Virus record (IMG/VR): IMGVR_UViG_3300032955_000003
Coordinates: 1 to 48,138 of that record
Direction: 5' to 3' (one strand)
Origin: a virus
Taxonomy: Duplodnaviria; Caudoviricetes
DNA: 48,138 bases
Shown here one piece after another: positions 35,830 to 45,558 of this stretch. Each line of letters begins with the position of its first letter. Positions within the stretch are counted from its first letter, which is position 1. The notes below the pieces were generated by a model. That model had not been told where the DNA came from, did not search any database, and saw only the letters and a list, made by a program, of their open reading frames with translations. The translations under genes were made by a program, and so were the position numbers.

Positions 35830-36780
35830 CTACGGCCCGTTACTACCCCATGTCCCGAGCCAATTCGTGGCGCCCGTCGAGAACCGCATCGACGCGATCT
35901 GTTTCACGGTCTTCGTGTCGAAATCATCCGCGAAGTCCTCTTCGAGCGACTCACGGTTCATGAACTTCAGTGTGTGACCATCTTTGTCGGTGATGAGGAA
36001 CCAGGCCGAGGCTGACGTCAGATAGTGCGACACGAAATAGACGAGGTCTTCTTTGATTAGCGAGTTGATCTCGTTGTCAGCCGTGTACGGCTTGTGAGGC
36101 GAGCCCAGGATCTCCCGAGCGATCCATTTGAGCTCCGGCGGGATGACGAGGAACTTCGGCTTCGTCGTGATCGGCAAGCCTTGGCTATCGATCAAGCGCT
36201 CAAACATGTTGATCGCTAGCTGGATAGCTGTGAACGACAAGTCGACGTCCGTCGAGGGACGATTAGGATACGTCCCCGCGGCGGAGATGATGTTCCCGAC
36301 GCCGGGGCCGATGTTGGTCGCCTGCGTCCCACCTAGCAAAGGATGCTGAGTGTTGAACAACGACACACTGTCGATCGTTGTCATCGTCGTGAAGCCCAGG
36401 TTCAGGACATTCCAGAACTGAATCTCTCTCACGAAGTGAGCGCTTCGTGCCAGGCACTTGGGCGCCTGATTGATGAGCTTGTACTGATCGTCTTTGATAA
36501 GCTCCCAGCTTGCCCTGATGCCCAGTGCCCACGGCAGATGCAGATACCGATAGGTACCGCCTTGGATGATATCCTGATACTGCACCGGAGTGCCTTCAGG
36601 CTTCGGCACCATCGGGCCAAGGCCGCTGAACTCGACTTCGTCTTCGAACGCAGCGTCGCTCTGCTCGATGTTTGCGATGTAGGAATACTCTTCTTCGCGT
36701 TGCTTCAGGTCGAGGAAATGAACGAATAAATCGTGCAGTCCTGCGGCCATGAGCTGGAAGTACTGCCCTCTCACCATCAT
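35830..36780 (-). CDS. major capsid protein (HK97 fold, Mu gpT-like)
   Basis: 316 aa; SGLGPM..KPEG, SWELIKDDQY, SLFNTQHPL, LVIPPEL, YLTSASAWFL; follows the scaffold genes. Confidence 0.85.
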   Translation of the reverse strand: MMVRGQYFQLMAAGLHDLFVHFLDLKQREEEYSYIANIEQSDAAFEDEVEFSGLGPMVPKPEGTPVQYQDIIQGGTYRYLHLPWALGIRASWELIKDDQYKLINQAPKCLARSAHFVREIQFWNVLNLGFTTMTTIDSVSLFNTQHPLLGGTQATNIGPGVGNIISAAGTYPNRPSTDVDLSFTAIQLAINMFERLIDSQGLPITTKPKFLVIPPELKWIAREILGSPHKPYTADNEINSLIKEDLVYFVSHYLTSASAWFLITDKDGHTLKFMNRESLEEDFADDFDTKTVKQIASMRFSTGATNWLGTWGSNGP

Positions 36781-36848
36781 GACGTTGTATTCTCCTTTTC
36801 TTTGAAGGAGCTTTTAGGGCTCCACGATTTTGCGGCTTTCGCCGTTTA

Positions 36849-37394
36849 CTACGCCAATCCCGCCGACGCCGAGGCAAGGAACACAAAAATCACGCCACGA
36901 GCGGTGTCCCAGTAGTCAAGCTGAACGACTTCACAGACAGCATCGACGCCAGTCTTTGTGAAATCGACATACCAGTGGCCGTCGGTGTCGAGCGTCATGC
37001 CGTATTGCTGGCCGACGTTCGCGGCAGACGTCGTCTGCGCCGGTCCGCACTGAGCATAAAAGACGTTGTCCGTATTGGCCACGATGATGCCAGTCTGGCC
37101 GTCGTTGAAATACGGACGAGAATAGTTCTTGGCCAGTGTCTCGTTAGGCACTGAGCCGAAGCTTTGCTGTTGGGCTGTGCCGGTCGTCGTCAAGTTCGCT
37201 CCGAACTCTTTCGATATTCCGGCGATGCCGTTGGCGATTGTCAAGCCATCCCACGCCTGCAAGGCGCCGGTGACGTTGTTAAGCATCAACGGAGTCCCTT
37301 GGAGAAAGCTTTGTCCGGCTTGCTCGATGATACGACGCGTCCGCCACTGATTTCCACTTACAGTCGAACGTTCCTGAATTAGCGCTGAAGCCAT
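36849..37394 (-). CDS. putative capsid decoration / minor capsid protein
   Basis: 181 aa, beta-rich, directly upstream of the major capsid gene. Confidence 0.6.
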   Translation of the reverse strand: MASALIQERSTVSGNQWRTRRIIEQAGQSFLQGTPLMLNNVTGALQAWDGLTIANGIAGISKEFGANLTTTGTAQQQSFGSVPNETLAKNYSRPYFNDGQTGIIVANTDNVFYAQCGPAQTTSAANVGQQYGMTLDTDGHWYVDFTKTGVDAVCEVVQLDYWDTARGVIFVFLASASAGLA

Positions 37395-37487
37395 TGAGTT
37401 GGCCCTCCTAGGCGATGAATCATGCCTCGTCGCCGATGGCGACGTCTGTGAGAACTGCGTTAAACTTCGTTTGCTAGCCTAGCAAAG

Positions 37488-38102
37488 CTAGCGGTTGAGG
37501 ATCTCCGGACCGCCTTCGTGAGACAAACGACTTACCTCGCCGCCCGGCGGCATGTGTGACAAGTCGGTGCCGTCCGGTGCGAAAGCGACCATCTTCGGTT
37601 GGCCGAAGGCATCCAGGCCAGCTCGACCGGCTCCGGCGTTGCCAAGAGCGGCTGCTGCTTGCTTCGCAGAGATCGTGTTGGCGACTCGCGAGTCGGCGAG
37701 CTTCGCAGCCACTTCGTGCTTGTAGCGCAACGCCCCGAGGTAAATCTCGCGCTTGATACACATCAAGATGAGATCGCCGTTGAGAAACTGGGCTCCGCCG
37801 TTCTGGACATAAGGCGAGAGCTGTCCCTTGTCAACGTCAGCCGACGTCGCCACGCGCCAGCCTTGAGCTTTGCATTGGCTAACACGACGAATGTCGTTGT
37901 AGATCCAACGAAAGCTCAAGTCTTTGGCCGTCGGAGCTGGCCTGATATTGATAAAGTCCGGCATCACAAGAGGCCGAGCGATGATATCTGCCCCAAGTTC
38001 CTCTGGAACGCCAGGACTAACACTCGCTGGCGCGATGGGAGGAATGACACTCTGCGAGGTCATTGTCGGAACCGGAGGTTGAGCTAGAGGTTTTGTTGAC
38101 AT
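37488..38102 (-). CDS. head-module protein
   Basis: SFRWI...AQGWRV...GDLILM; lies between scaffold and capsid genes. Confidence 0.7.
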   Translation of the reverse strand: MSTKPLAQPPVPTMTSQSVIPPIAPASVSPGVPEELGADIIARPLVMPDFINIRPAPTAKDLSFRWIYNDIRRVSQCKAQGWRVATSADVDKGQLSPYVQNGGAQFLNGDLILMCIKREIYLGALRYKHEVAAKLADSRVANTISAKQAAAALGNAGAGRAGLDAFGQPKMVAFAPDGTDLSHMPPGGEVSRLSHEGGPEILNR

Positions 38103-38111
38103 GATGTCTCC

Positions 38112-38870
38112 TTAATTCCCCACACTAAACCGAGCGTAAGCTCCTTTGGAGCTCGAAGCGATGACCATCTTCTTTTTCTGCTCCAGGTAACGCTTCGGGT
38201 CCCAATGGAATTTGCTACAGGCTTCTTCCTCTTCGGGAGTGAGCTTGTCGTTGCTGACGTCCTCCGCAGGAGGTGGAGGATTCCCGCTCCCGCCACTCTC
38301 CATAAAAAAGTCCGTCTTCTCACGCTCGGCTTTCGCGATGTCCACGTCGTGATGACCTTTCACGAGCGTCAAAGCCATGAGCCAGTTTTGCGGGACGATA
38401 CGCTGCGCAGGCTGGTAGCCTTCCATGACTTTGTCGATTTCTTTCTCGTAGTTGGTCCATATCTTTGCGTCTCTCGTAGAAAGCTGACTCTTGGCGTACA
38501 TCTTAGCCGTCATGATCCCAGACACGATGGCCACGTCGGTCACGGGCTTCATCTGTGAAGCGATGAAGGCGTTCGGGTCAGTCCAGATACTAGGAGCATC
38601 GTCTTGCGACTGATCCTTCGGAGTCTTCCCGGCTGAGGCTTCCAACTCGGCCAAGCGCTGCTTCGTCGTGTTGAATTCGGTACTGAGGTCGGCGACTTTG
38701 CGGTCGGACTCAAGCTTTTCAGCTTCAAGCTGCTGAAGCTTCGCCTGAGCCGCCTCGGCGGCTTTCAGTGCTTCGACGACCTGTTCCGGAGTCTTTCCTT
38801 TCAGCTCCGGTGGAAGATTGGCATCGTCGTCTTGATCGTTATTTCCTTGACTTCTCTTGCCCCATAACAT
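38112..38870 (-). CDS. scaffolding protein
   Basis: coiled coil; LPPELKGKT; C-terminal LTPEEEEAC..F..DPKRY; start at 38870 has an AGGAG RBS. Confidence 0.75.
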   Translation of the reverse strand: MLWGKRSQGNNDQDDDANLPPELKGKTPEQVVEALKAAEAAQAKLQQLEAEKLESDRKVADLSTEFNTTKQRLAELEASAGKTPKDQSQDDAPSIWTDPNAFIASQMKPVTDVAIVSGIMTAKMYAKSQLSTRDAKIWTNYEKEIDKVMEGYQPAQRIVPQNWLMALTLVKGHHDVDIAKAEREKTDFFMESGGSGNPPPPAEDVSNDKLTPEEEEACSKFHWDPKRYLEQKKKMVIASSSKGAYARFSVGN

Positions 38871-39075
38871 TTTGCAACTCCTGTCTGAGATTAAAAATCC
38901 GCTTGTAAGCCTCGATTCGACCCTGACATCTACCGATGTCAATCGGGTCACGAGCGCTCTCAAGAGAGCGTTGCTCGTTTTGAACCATATTGGAGACTCC
39001 ACTAAAAAAAGAAGACGCTTGAGGAAGTCTCATCCATGACTCTAAAGCCTGAACGTTTTCGTGCCAGGGATTCAT
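38839..39075 (-). CDS. small protein downstream of the portal
   Basis: 78 aa; RCQGRIEAYKRI. Confidence 0.7.
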   Translation of the reverse strand: MNPWHENVQALESWMRLPQASSFFSGVSNMVQNEQRSLESARDPIDIGRCQGRIEAYKRIFNLRQELQNVMGQEKSRK

Positions 39076-39084
39076 AAGCTTCGC

Positions 39085-40983
39085 TTACATGACCCTCCCT
39101 GACTGCGCTGCAGGCGGAGTCATCATAGGAAGAGTCCCTCCTGGAGGCAAGCCTTGAAGCTGTCCCTGAGCCGCTTGCGGCTGAGCCGAAGGCTGCGGCG
39201 CAGCTTGCTGAGGAGGTTTCACCTCAGGCTTCGGCGCGAGCGTATCGACTTCGTCATAGCCAAAATGACGATACACGGCTTGCATAAAGATGTTCTGCGA
39301 CAAGATCGCCTTCGTGATGTAGTTACGAACTTCCTCCGGAACCATTGGATTCGCCGCGGCGGTGAGCATCTGTGTGATGCTTTGATGATAGCGTTCGCTG
39401 ACGCCGGCGAGCATCAAATCGTTTTGCTTCTCGACCTCGCGGTTGATGCTAGCCGTACTGGCGTAGACAGGCAGCGTGATCTTCCTGTCGCGCATCGCGT
39501 CGAGAGCCTGCTCAATAAGCGCGCCTTTTTGGCCGAAAAGCGCTTTGCGCTCGCCGAGGCCAAACTCCGCAAAGAGCGAGCACAACAAGTTGCCTAGCTG
39601 AGTGTGAGCGTAGCGGATGTCTGTGATGTTAAGATCGGTACGAGTATTACCTTCCTGCATCACACTCAGCGTACCCATCGCCGTGTAGATACCGCGCTTT
39701 GTCTGGGTGCCCGACCCGGCGCCCTGCATCGGAGCGCTAACTCCGCTGCGCTTGTCGGCGTATTCGAGGGTCATTCTCTCGGAGTCGATTTCGCCCGCCA
39801 CCGGAGTCCCGAACTCGAGAGCCTCGATTTCGCCTTCTTTGCCCGGCAACATTGCTCCGGGATAAATCCTGTAACCTTTGTTCAGCGGAGAGTCAGGATC
39901 AACACGCCACATTTTCATATTGGCGATCGTTGAGTTGTCACGACGACCGTTGTGAATCTGACTGAGCTCTTCCTGAATCGGCAACATCACCTCAGCCATT
40001 CCCATTCCAGGAAACATGTCGTCTCTATAAAACAGACGAGCGACCGTGAAGACCTCGCCAGGATAGTAGTAATAATAAGATCGCAAGATCTGGTTGGTCT
40101 TTTCGTGGTACGTCGTGATAAGCTTGACGTAGCGACTACCGTCACGATATTTGTAATGACACTCGTAGAGATCCCACTCCGCCCAGCCATAGCCCGAGGC
40201 CGTGACGGCCTTAGCGTCCATCTCTTTCTGAGCCTGGACTACGTCGGGAGACGTCCTATCGGGAGATCCAAGAACGATCTTAGTGGCCATCTTGTCGTAG
40301 ATGCCTTTGAAAGACCGCTCTTCGAGCTCCTCACGCTGAAGCCGCACGATGTGATACTTAAAGTCCATCGCGTCGACGGTGGGGACAGACACCGGATACT
40401 TGAAGTCTTCGTAACGAACTTTCTCCGGCCGAGGCCCGTCGTAGAGGGTCTTCGAGACGAAGTCTGGCTTCGCCGAGCCATCACCTGAAGATATCGCCTG
40501 ATCTATCACGGACTTTGTCCATGGCGTCTTCAAGACGCCAGTGCCTAGCTTGATCGTGTCCGAGAACCAGTCCCGCTCGACGCGATACAGATCAAGCTCT
40601 TCTTTCTCTAGAGCCGCCCACTGAAGAAACTCTTCGAGCGAGTCTTTCAGTCCCGGAGGAGCCTCGTTTGAAAAGTCTCCCATTAGCCTCGACACCCACA
40701 GCGGCCGCGTCTTAAAAACCGCGGCCATCACTCGGGCGAGCAGCGTATCGCTATGAATCGCGGCGATCGGCGTCACGAGGTTCGAGGCATTGTGCCAAGG
40801 CCATTCACGAATCTCCTCGGCAGGCTTCGCCTCGTAGATTTTGCGCCAGCGGACTACGCCGTTAAGACCGTGAAGCTGACTTAGTCCCTCGCGCAGCGCG
40901 ACAGTCTTTTTCCGCAGGAAAGCGCGCAGGCGCATGTCTCCATCGGAGCCAGGCGACATCGTGAATGGGATAGGCTTAATCAA
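39085..40983 (-). CDS. portal protein (podovirus-type)
   Basis: 632 aa; WHNASNL, GTGVLK, FPGMGMAE, SGVS...G; Gln/Pro-rich tail; position after terL. Confidence 0.85.
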   Translation of the reverse strand: MIKPIPFTMSPGSDGDMRLRAFLRKKTVALREGLSQLHGLNGVVRWRKIYEAKPAEEIREWPWHNASNLVTPIAAIHSDTLLARVMAAVFKTRPLWVSRLMGDFSNEAPPGLKDSLEEFLQWAALEKEELDLYRVERDWFSDTIKLGTGVLKTPWTKSVIDQAISSGDGSAKPDFVSKTLYDGPRPEKVRYEDFKYPVSVPTVDAMDFKYHIVRLQREELEERSFKGIYDKMATKIVLGSPDRTSPDVVQAQKEMDAKAVTASGYGWAEWDLYECHYKYRDGSRYVKLITTYHEKTNQILRSYYYYYPGEVFTVARLFYRDDMFPGMGMAEVMLPIQEELSQIHNGRRDNSTIANMKMWRVDPDSPLNKGYRIYPGAMLPGKEGEIEALEFGTPVAGEIDSERMTLEYADKRSGVSAPMQGAGSGTQTKRGIYTAMGTLSVMQEGNTRTDLNITDIRYAHTQLGNLLCSLFAEFGLGERKALFGQKGALIEQALDAMRDRKITLPVYASTASINREVEKQNDLMLAGVSERYHQSITQMLTAAANPMVPEEVRNYITKAILSQNIFMQAVYRHFGYDEVDTLAPKPEVKPPQQAAPQPSAQPQAAQGQLQGLPPGGTLPMMTPPAAQSGRVM

Positions 40984-40993
40984 AGGCTTCGCC

Positions 40994-41179
40994 TTAAAAA
41001 GTGGCCTTTACTCGAAGTTGCTCAAGTTGTGAGTAAGTTACGTCGCTTCCTTTAACTTTCAAAAGAGCGTCTACCGCAGCCTGAACATCTACTGCGATTT
41101 CCTTAGGAAGCTTGTTTGTGGTGACTTCTTCCAAGACTCCCTGCAAAAGCTGAAGTGCCAAATCGATTGCCGAAATCAT
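40994..41179 (-). CDS. small hypothetical protein (lysis module?)
   Basis: 61 aa; ATGA coupling. Confidence 0.6.
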   Translation of the reverse strand: MISAIDLALQLLQGVLEEVTTNKLPKEIAVDVQAAVDALLKVKGSDVTYSQLEQLRVKATF

Positions 41180-41547
41180 TTGATCACTCCTTTCAGTTCC
41201 GTAATGAATGTGTTAGCGTTCGTGATAGCAGTTTGAAGACCTGCGGTAGCCGAGGCTACTGAAACGCACTTCGCCGATGGATCTCCGGGAGGAGTCGTCG
41301 CAGACCATCCACAATAAGCCTCGGTCGCTGTAACAAGGGCATTCTGAGCAGCGATGCCTTTGTCAATCAAAACACAAACACTCTGTGTCGCATCAGCTTG
41401 ACAAGCTGACTGGTTTTGTGTCTGAGCAGCCGCCAAGAGACCTCCAAGAGCAGCAGCAGTATCACGAGCAGTCGCCTCTGGAGGCTGACACGAGGTCATC
41501 ATCAGAGCGATACTCAAAAGAAAAAGACAACAAAGAAATCTTTTCAT
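41176..41547 (-). CDS. lipoprotein (spanin-like?)
   Basis: MKRFLCCLFLLSIALMMTS/C lipobox-like signal; AGGAG RBS; further Cys residues. Confidence 0.7.
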   Translation of the reverse strand: MKRFLCCLFLLSIALMMTSCQPPEATARDTAAALGGLLAAAQTQNQSACQADATQSVCVLIDKGIAAQNALVTATEAYCGWSATTPPGDPSAKCVSVASATAGLQTAITNANTFITELKGVIK

Positions 41548-41978
41548 GATGCATCTCCTTGTGGCGGCGTCAAAGCCGCCATTGGTTTCAAAGGCGGTGG
41601 CATCTGGGGAAGCCAGTCTTTGATGTAGGGAATCTTTGTTACAACGAAGTCGACGATCGAGTCCACGCTCAAGCCCATCAGCGCAGCGACGACGCCGTAT
41701 TGAGGCAACGGAGAATGAAGCTGAAAGTCGATATGCAAAGCCGACAAAAGCCCGTTGAAAACATCGGGATAGAAAGTCAGCCAGTAAATCATGCTGTCGC
41801 CAAACGCCCGTGTGAGCAGCGGAATCCAACAGCGTTCCACGAACTCACCGTAGGTGTTAGCGACGGGATTGGGTCCTGTCACAAGATAGTAGGCTCTCTT
41901 GAGCATGTAAATAAACATGCCCATCAAGAACCACATCCATAGCCACAAGTGTAACAAGACGATATTCTCCTGAAACAC
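41544..41978 (-). CDS. holin-like membrane protein
   Basis: 144 aa with about three hydrophobic segments. Confidence 0.6.
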   Translation of the reverse strand: MFQENIVLLHLWLWMWFLMGMFIYMLKRAYYLVTGPNPVANTYGEFVERCWIPLLTRAFGDSMIYWLTFYPDVFNGLLSALHIDFQLHSPLPQYGVVAALMGLSVDSIVDFVVTKIPYIKDWLPQMPPPLKPMAALTPPQGDAS

Positions 41979-42021
41979 GTCTCTCTCTTTTCTCGGGGGA
42001 GAGGCGCTAGCGCCAAAGGCG

Positions 42022-42174
42022 CTATTTTTTCTTTGAGCTCTTCGAGCCAGAGGTTTTATGCTCCGGCTTCAGCCCAGTCGATGCGACGCAGACCGCAAAA
42101 GGATTGACTTTCTTTCTCCTAGCACGATTTTGCGCTTTAACATCCGCTACACAGTCCATCAGTTTCTTAGGCAC
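42022..42174 (-). CDS. small basic protein (50 aa, not in ORF track)
   Basis: MPKKLMDCVADVKAQNRARRKKVNPFAVCVASTG...; GGAGG RBS, GTG start. Confidence 0.65.
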   Translation of the reverse strand: MPKKLMDCVADVKAQNRARRKKVNPFAVCVASTGLKPEHKTSGSKSSKKK

Positions 42175-42186
42175 GATGTGCCTCCG

Positions 42187-42741
42187 TTAGCTCTGCTGGT
42201 CGATCTCAAACGACGCAGGCGCCGGTGGAGGAGGTGGAGGCGGCGGTGGTAGGATAGGCACCGTGGCCGTTCCGGTGATGACTGTCGTACCATCCGGCAA
42301 CGTCGCTGTGACCGTCAGGTCAAAGTCCCCGCCGACGGCATCCGCCGCCACGTTCACCGTGGCTGTCAGACCATCTGCTGACGCCGTGACTGGCGCGTTC
42401 GTCGGGTCGCTCGATGTCCACGTCGGGACGGACGAGCCTACCGGCAAAGCCACTGTCGTGACGCCGTCCGGCGCCTTCGGCGTGGCCGTGAACACTCCCG
42501 CTGCTCCTGGTAAAACTCCTTTGATTGCCATTGATATTCCTCCTTCGGATGTGATAGAAATTTGTTTGATCTTGAAATTCGTCGGAGCAAGAATGACTTG
42601 CCCGATCGTGCGAGCGAGCTCGGCGATCGACACCGCGAGCGACATGATAGCTCGGCTATTGGCCTTCTCGGCCTCGACGTTCATAGCCTCGACCTGCGTC
42701 AAGCGCTGAACTGCGTTCGTGAGCTCGCTTGTCTTAAACAT
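42187..42741 (-). CDS. Ig-like domain protein with a poly-Pro tail
   Basis: PTWTSSDP...VTASADGLTATV...LTVTA; second in-frame start at 42531 with AAGGAGG. Confidence 0.7.
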   Translation of the reverse strand: MFKTSELTNAVQRLTQVEAMNVEAEKANSRAIMSLAVSIAELARTIGQVILAPTNFKIKQISITSEGGISMAIKGVLPGAAGVFTATPKAPDGVTTVALPVGSSVPTWTSSDPTNAPVTASADGLTATVNVAADAVGGDFDLTVTATLPDGTTVITGTATVPILPPPPPPPPPAPASFEIDQQS

Positions 42742-44429
42742 CAGTTATGTCTCGCCATTCCATAGGAATACGGCGTCCCGATGCGCTGCATCGCTTCTTC
42801 GTTCGCCTGCATCAGCGCTGACTGAGTCGCCCAGTCGACAGGCTTGCGTAGCATCTGAGGAGCGTACGCGAACACATCGATCTGATCGCAAAAGCGTCCC
42901 CGGGGAAACGTCTGATATTCCGTGACGAAGTCTTGATGTTTGCGCTGGACCCAAAGCTGTCCGCGCTCGGCGATCGGGCCGATGACGTTTCTGATACGCC
43001 ATTCTTTTTTTCGAGAAAGCGTTCCGTCAGGAGCCTCGACTTCGCCTTTGAGCTCATCGACGCGCAGCGTCTGGCCTTTCAGTCCGCCGAGGAACTCGAT
43101 GTGATGTTTCACATAACGCTGAGCGCCTACGGTCTCGCAGCCGACTCGCCGGAGCTTAAACTTAGCGGCCATCTCAAAGATTTTGTTATAAAAAACGTCG
43201 TAAGACGTTCCCTGCGCCCAGGCGTCGAGGACGTAGTAGTCACCTTTGTCGCTCTCGCCTACGACGAGAATCGCGTGGCGACACCGGCCTGTGCCAGCCT
43301 GACCGCTGTGATTGGGATCTACGACCTCGGCCAAGGCCAAGTGGCCTATCTTGATGTCCTCGCGAACAATCCCGTCACGCTCTTCGTGACGTATAATCAT
43401 GCGACCTTGCTCGTCGTGAGCAAGCTCAAAATAGTTCAGCCACTCGACTTGAAAGTCGGCATCTTCCGGTGCGCAGGGCGAATTTAAAAATTGACAACTA
43501 AAGTTGTAGCTTCCAAGGCGCTTGCGAAGCTTTTCGAGCTTCTCGAAGCTAAACTCTTCAGGAAAGATCGGCACCCCCGAAGGATGCGCATCACAGCACC
43601 CTCCCATCGCGCTATGCGACGCCACGCGAAACCACGGCTCGTGTTCACGAATGTGGCTATTGAGGTCGGTGTATCCCCACCGATTTCCGATGATAAGCTC
43701 GTCGTTTTCTTGCTTGTTGTTGTCGCCCATCTCGAAGATGCCTACCAGAAGCTGGTGGTACTCGATGGACTTGTCCATGATAGACGGCGACTCAGTCGCT
43801 TTGCGACCAATCAAGTCATCTTCGATGATAAGGCCGGTGTAGTGACGAGACTGGACCGCAGAGCCTACTCCAAGAAAATCAAACGTACCTTCACCATGAG
43901 CACCACCGGCGGTATTCTTCGGGCGTTTGACGTGCAGCGAGTAGTCTGTCCATGTACACGACGTATCTGGCAGGGTCTCCGGAAAGAGCGAGCGGTAAAC
44001 CGCGTTAGACTCGTAATGCCAGCGAATCCTTCGACCGAGCTTCGCCGCGTTGGTGATGTTTTCGGAGATGAGTAAATTGCGTAGGTCTGGATTGTGTACA
44101 TACAACATCCAACGAATAAATTCGTTCGAGTAGCCGAGCTGGAAAAACTCGTCGATGTCTTGCTGCGAAATCGGCAGCACTCGCCACATCGTCAAGCCCT
44201 CTGGACCGCAGGTGCTTTTGAAATGATCCCGCGGAATCTCGATAACATCTTTCAGATGTTTGCGCTCCAGCGTTCGACAGAACGGCTCGTGAAACGACTC
44301 CGTCAGGCGCTTGCGTCCAAGGGCGTGCTTGATGAAGTAGAAAAGATTCCCGAGACAGTTGACGCGCAGCGCTCTCATGAGCGCCGCAGGCGGCAAGCCC
44401 TTCAGCGAGATAGGCTGAAAACGTTCCAT
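42741..44429 (-). CDS. terL: terminase large subunit
   Basis: IPRDHFKST (Walker A), IIEDDLI (Walker B), IGNRW, FSCQFLNSP, VVDP, FPRG..CDQID. Confidence 0.9.
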   Translation of the reverse strand: MERFQPISLKGLPPAALMRALRVNCLGNLFYFIKHALGRKRLTESFHEPFCRTLERKHLKDVIEIPRDHFKSTCGPEGLTMWRVLPISQQDIDEFFQLGYSNEFIRWMLYVHNPDLRNLLISENITNAAKLGRRIRWHYESNAVYRSLFPETLPDTSCTWTDYSLHVKRPKNTAGGAHGEGTFDFLGVGSAVQSRHYTGLIIEDDLIGRKATESPSIMDKSIEYHQLLVGIFEMGDNNKQENDELIIGNRWGYTDLNSHIREHEPWFRVASHSAMGGCCDAHPSGVPIFPEEFSFEKLEKLRKRLGSYNFSCQFLNSPCAPEDADFQVEWLNYFELAHDEQGRMIIRHEERDGIVREDIKIGHLALAEVVDPNHSGQAGTGRCRHAILVVGESDKGDYYVLDAWAQGTSYDVFYNKIFEMAAKFKLRRVGCETVGAQRYVKHHIEFLGGLKGQTLRVDELKGEVEAPDGTLSRKKEWRIRNVIGPIAERGQLWVQRKHQDFVTEYQTFPRGRFCDQIDVFAYAPQMLRKPVDWATQSALMQANEEAMQRIGTPYSYGMARHN

Positions 44430-44484
44430 TTTTGCTACGCAAAGAAGTCGGGAGGGGAGGAGATGAAGCTAAAGCTTAACTTCG

Positions 44485-44760
44485 TTACTCAACATAAACC
44501 AACACCGTTCCGGCGTCAAGAGTATCGAGGATCAGGCCGTCGATCCAAGAGACTTTCCCTGAGCGCACCTCGCTAAGATCAAACGCGCCTGTCGGCGCCC
44601 AGACAATCCGCCCGTTCTGGTCTTTCAAAATACACACCTGTCCCTGAGCGCTGTATCCAGACCACTCAAAATGTGCGGTCTTGATCCATCCCTCCCAAAG
44701 GACGACGCTAGAACTGGGAGTATCAAGCTTCCACGGACGTCCTGCAACGTCGTTAGCCAC
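44485..44760 (-). CDS. hypothetical (structural?) protein
   Basis: 91 aa, beta-rich. Confidence 0.65.
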   Translation of the reverse strand: MANDVAGRPWKLDTPSSSVVLWEGWIKTAHFEWSGYSAQGQVCILKDQNGRIVWAPTGAFDLSEVRSGKVSWIDGLILDTLDAGTVLVYVE

Positions 44761-45001
44761 GTTTTGAGGCTCCTTTTTTTACCTCGCGGTATCGCGGAGC
44801 TCCGAGTCTCTGCATCTGTCGCTCAAGTATCACGATGCGTTTTTCGAGATCGGGATCATGCTCCGACGCCAGCCACAGAGCTCCTTTTGCTTGACGCTCG
44901 ACCTTCAGAAAACGTTCCCAAGGAACTTTCTTGACACGTTTTGTCGTTTTTGCCTTTGGCAGAGACATCTGTGAGCTCGTTCCCACGGCTGACGCCGTCA
45001 C
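44753..45001 (-). CDS. hypothetical basic protein
   Basis: 82 aa; within the late operon. Confidence 0.55.
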   Translation of the reverse strand: MTASAVGTSSQMSLPKAKTTKRVKKVPWERFLKVERQAKGALWLASEHDPDLEKRIVILERQMQRLGAPRYREVKKGASKRG

Positions 45002-45011
45002 AGCGAAGCTG

Positions 45012-45557
45012 TTAGCGACCTAAGATATGACGCTGTAAATGATACAAAACACCCGACACGGCTTCGTCTTTCGAGTGCGGAGCACTCGTTTGCCAACCGC
45101 ACTTGAGGCATACGCCTCTAAAGAGGAAATATGTTTTGTCCTGAGACTCCTGAACAAAGACGTAGTCCAGGACATTGTCCTTGGTGACGTTGCCATTGAG
45201 CTTGAATACAGGCTGCGTCTGCGCCGAGACAACGTTGACTTTCTCCGATATCGAAGATATTGTCATCCTTGAGAGGTCCGGCGTCGCGGCGATGTGAGGA
45301 GCAAGCTGGGCGTCGCTGAGCGATGGCTTCGCCAGCGGAGCTGGTGGCTTCGCAGAAGCCGTAGGCTTCGTCTGACCTTCGGTCCCTGGGATGACTCCTG
45401 TGATAATCTTGGGATTGGGATCGACCAGCGAAGCTGGGGCGGCTGTGACAACTGGATTGATAGGCGTCTTGTTTTGCTCTTCGAGCTTCGCCGCGGGCGA
45501 CGCCGCAGGCGCGGCTGTCGCGGCATTCGGTGGCGCTGGTTTGTTTACGACTGGCAT
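45012..45557 (-). CDS. Pro/Ala-rich protein with a C-terminal C2H2-like finger
   Basis: CLKCGWQT...HLQRH; GGAGG RBS. Confidence 0.7.
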   Translation of the reverse strand: MPVVNKPAPPNAATAAPAASPAAKLEEQNKTPINPVVTAAPASLVDPNPKIITGVIPGTEGQTKPTASAKPPAPLAKPSLSDAQLAPHIAATPDLSRMTISSISEKVNVVSAQTQPVFKLNGNVTKDNVLDYVFVQESQDKTYFLFRGVCLKCGWQTSAPHSKDEAVSGVLYHLQRHILGR

Positions 45558-45558
45558 C

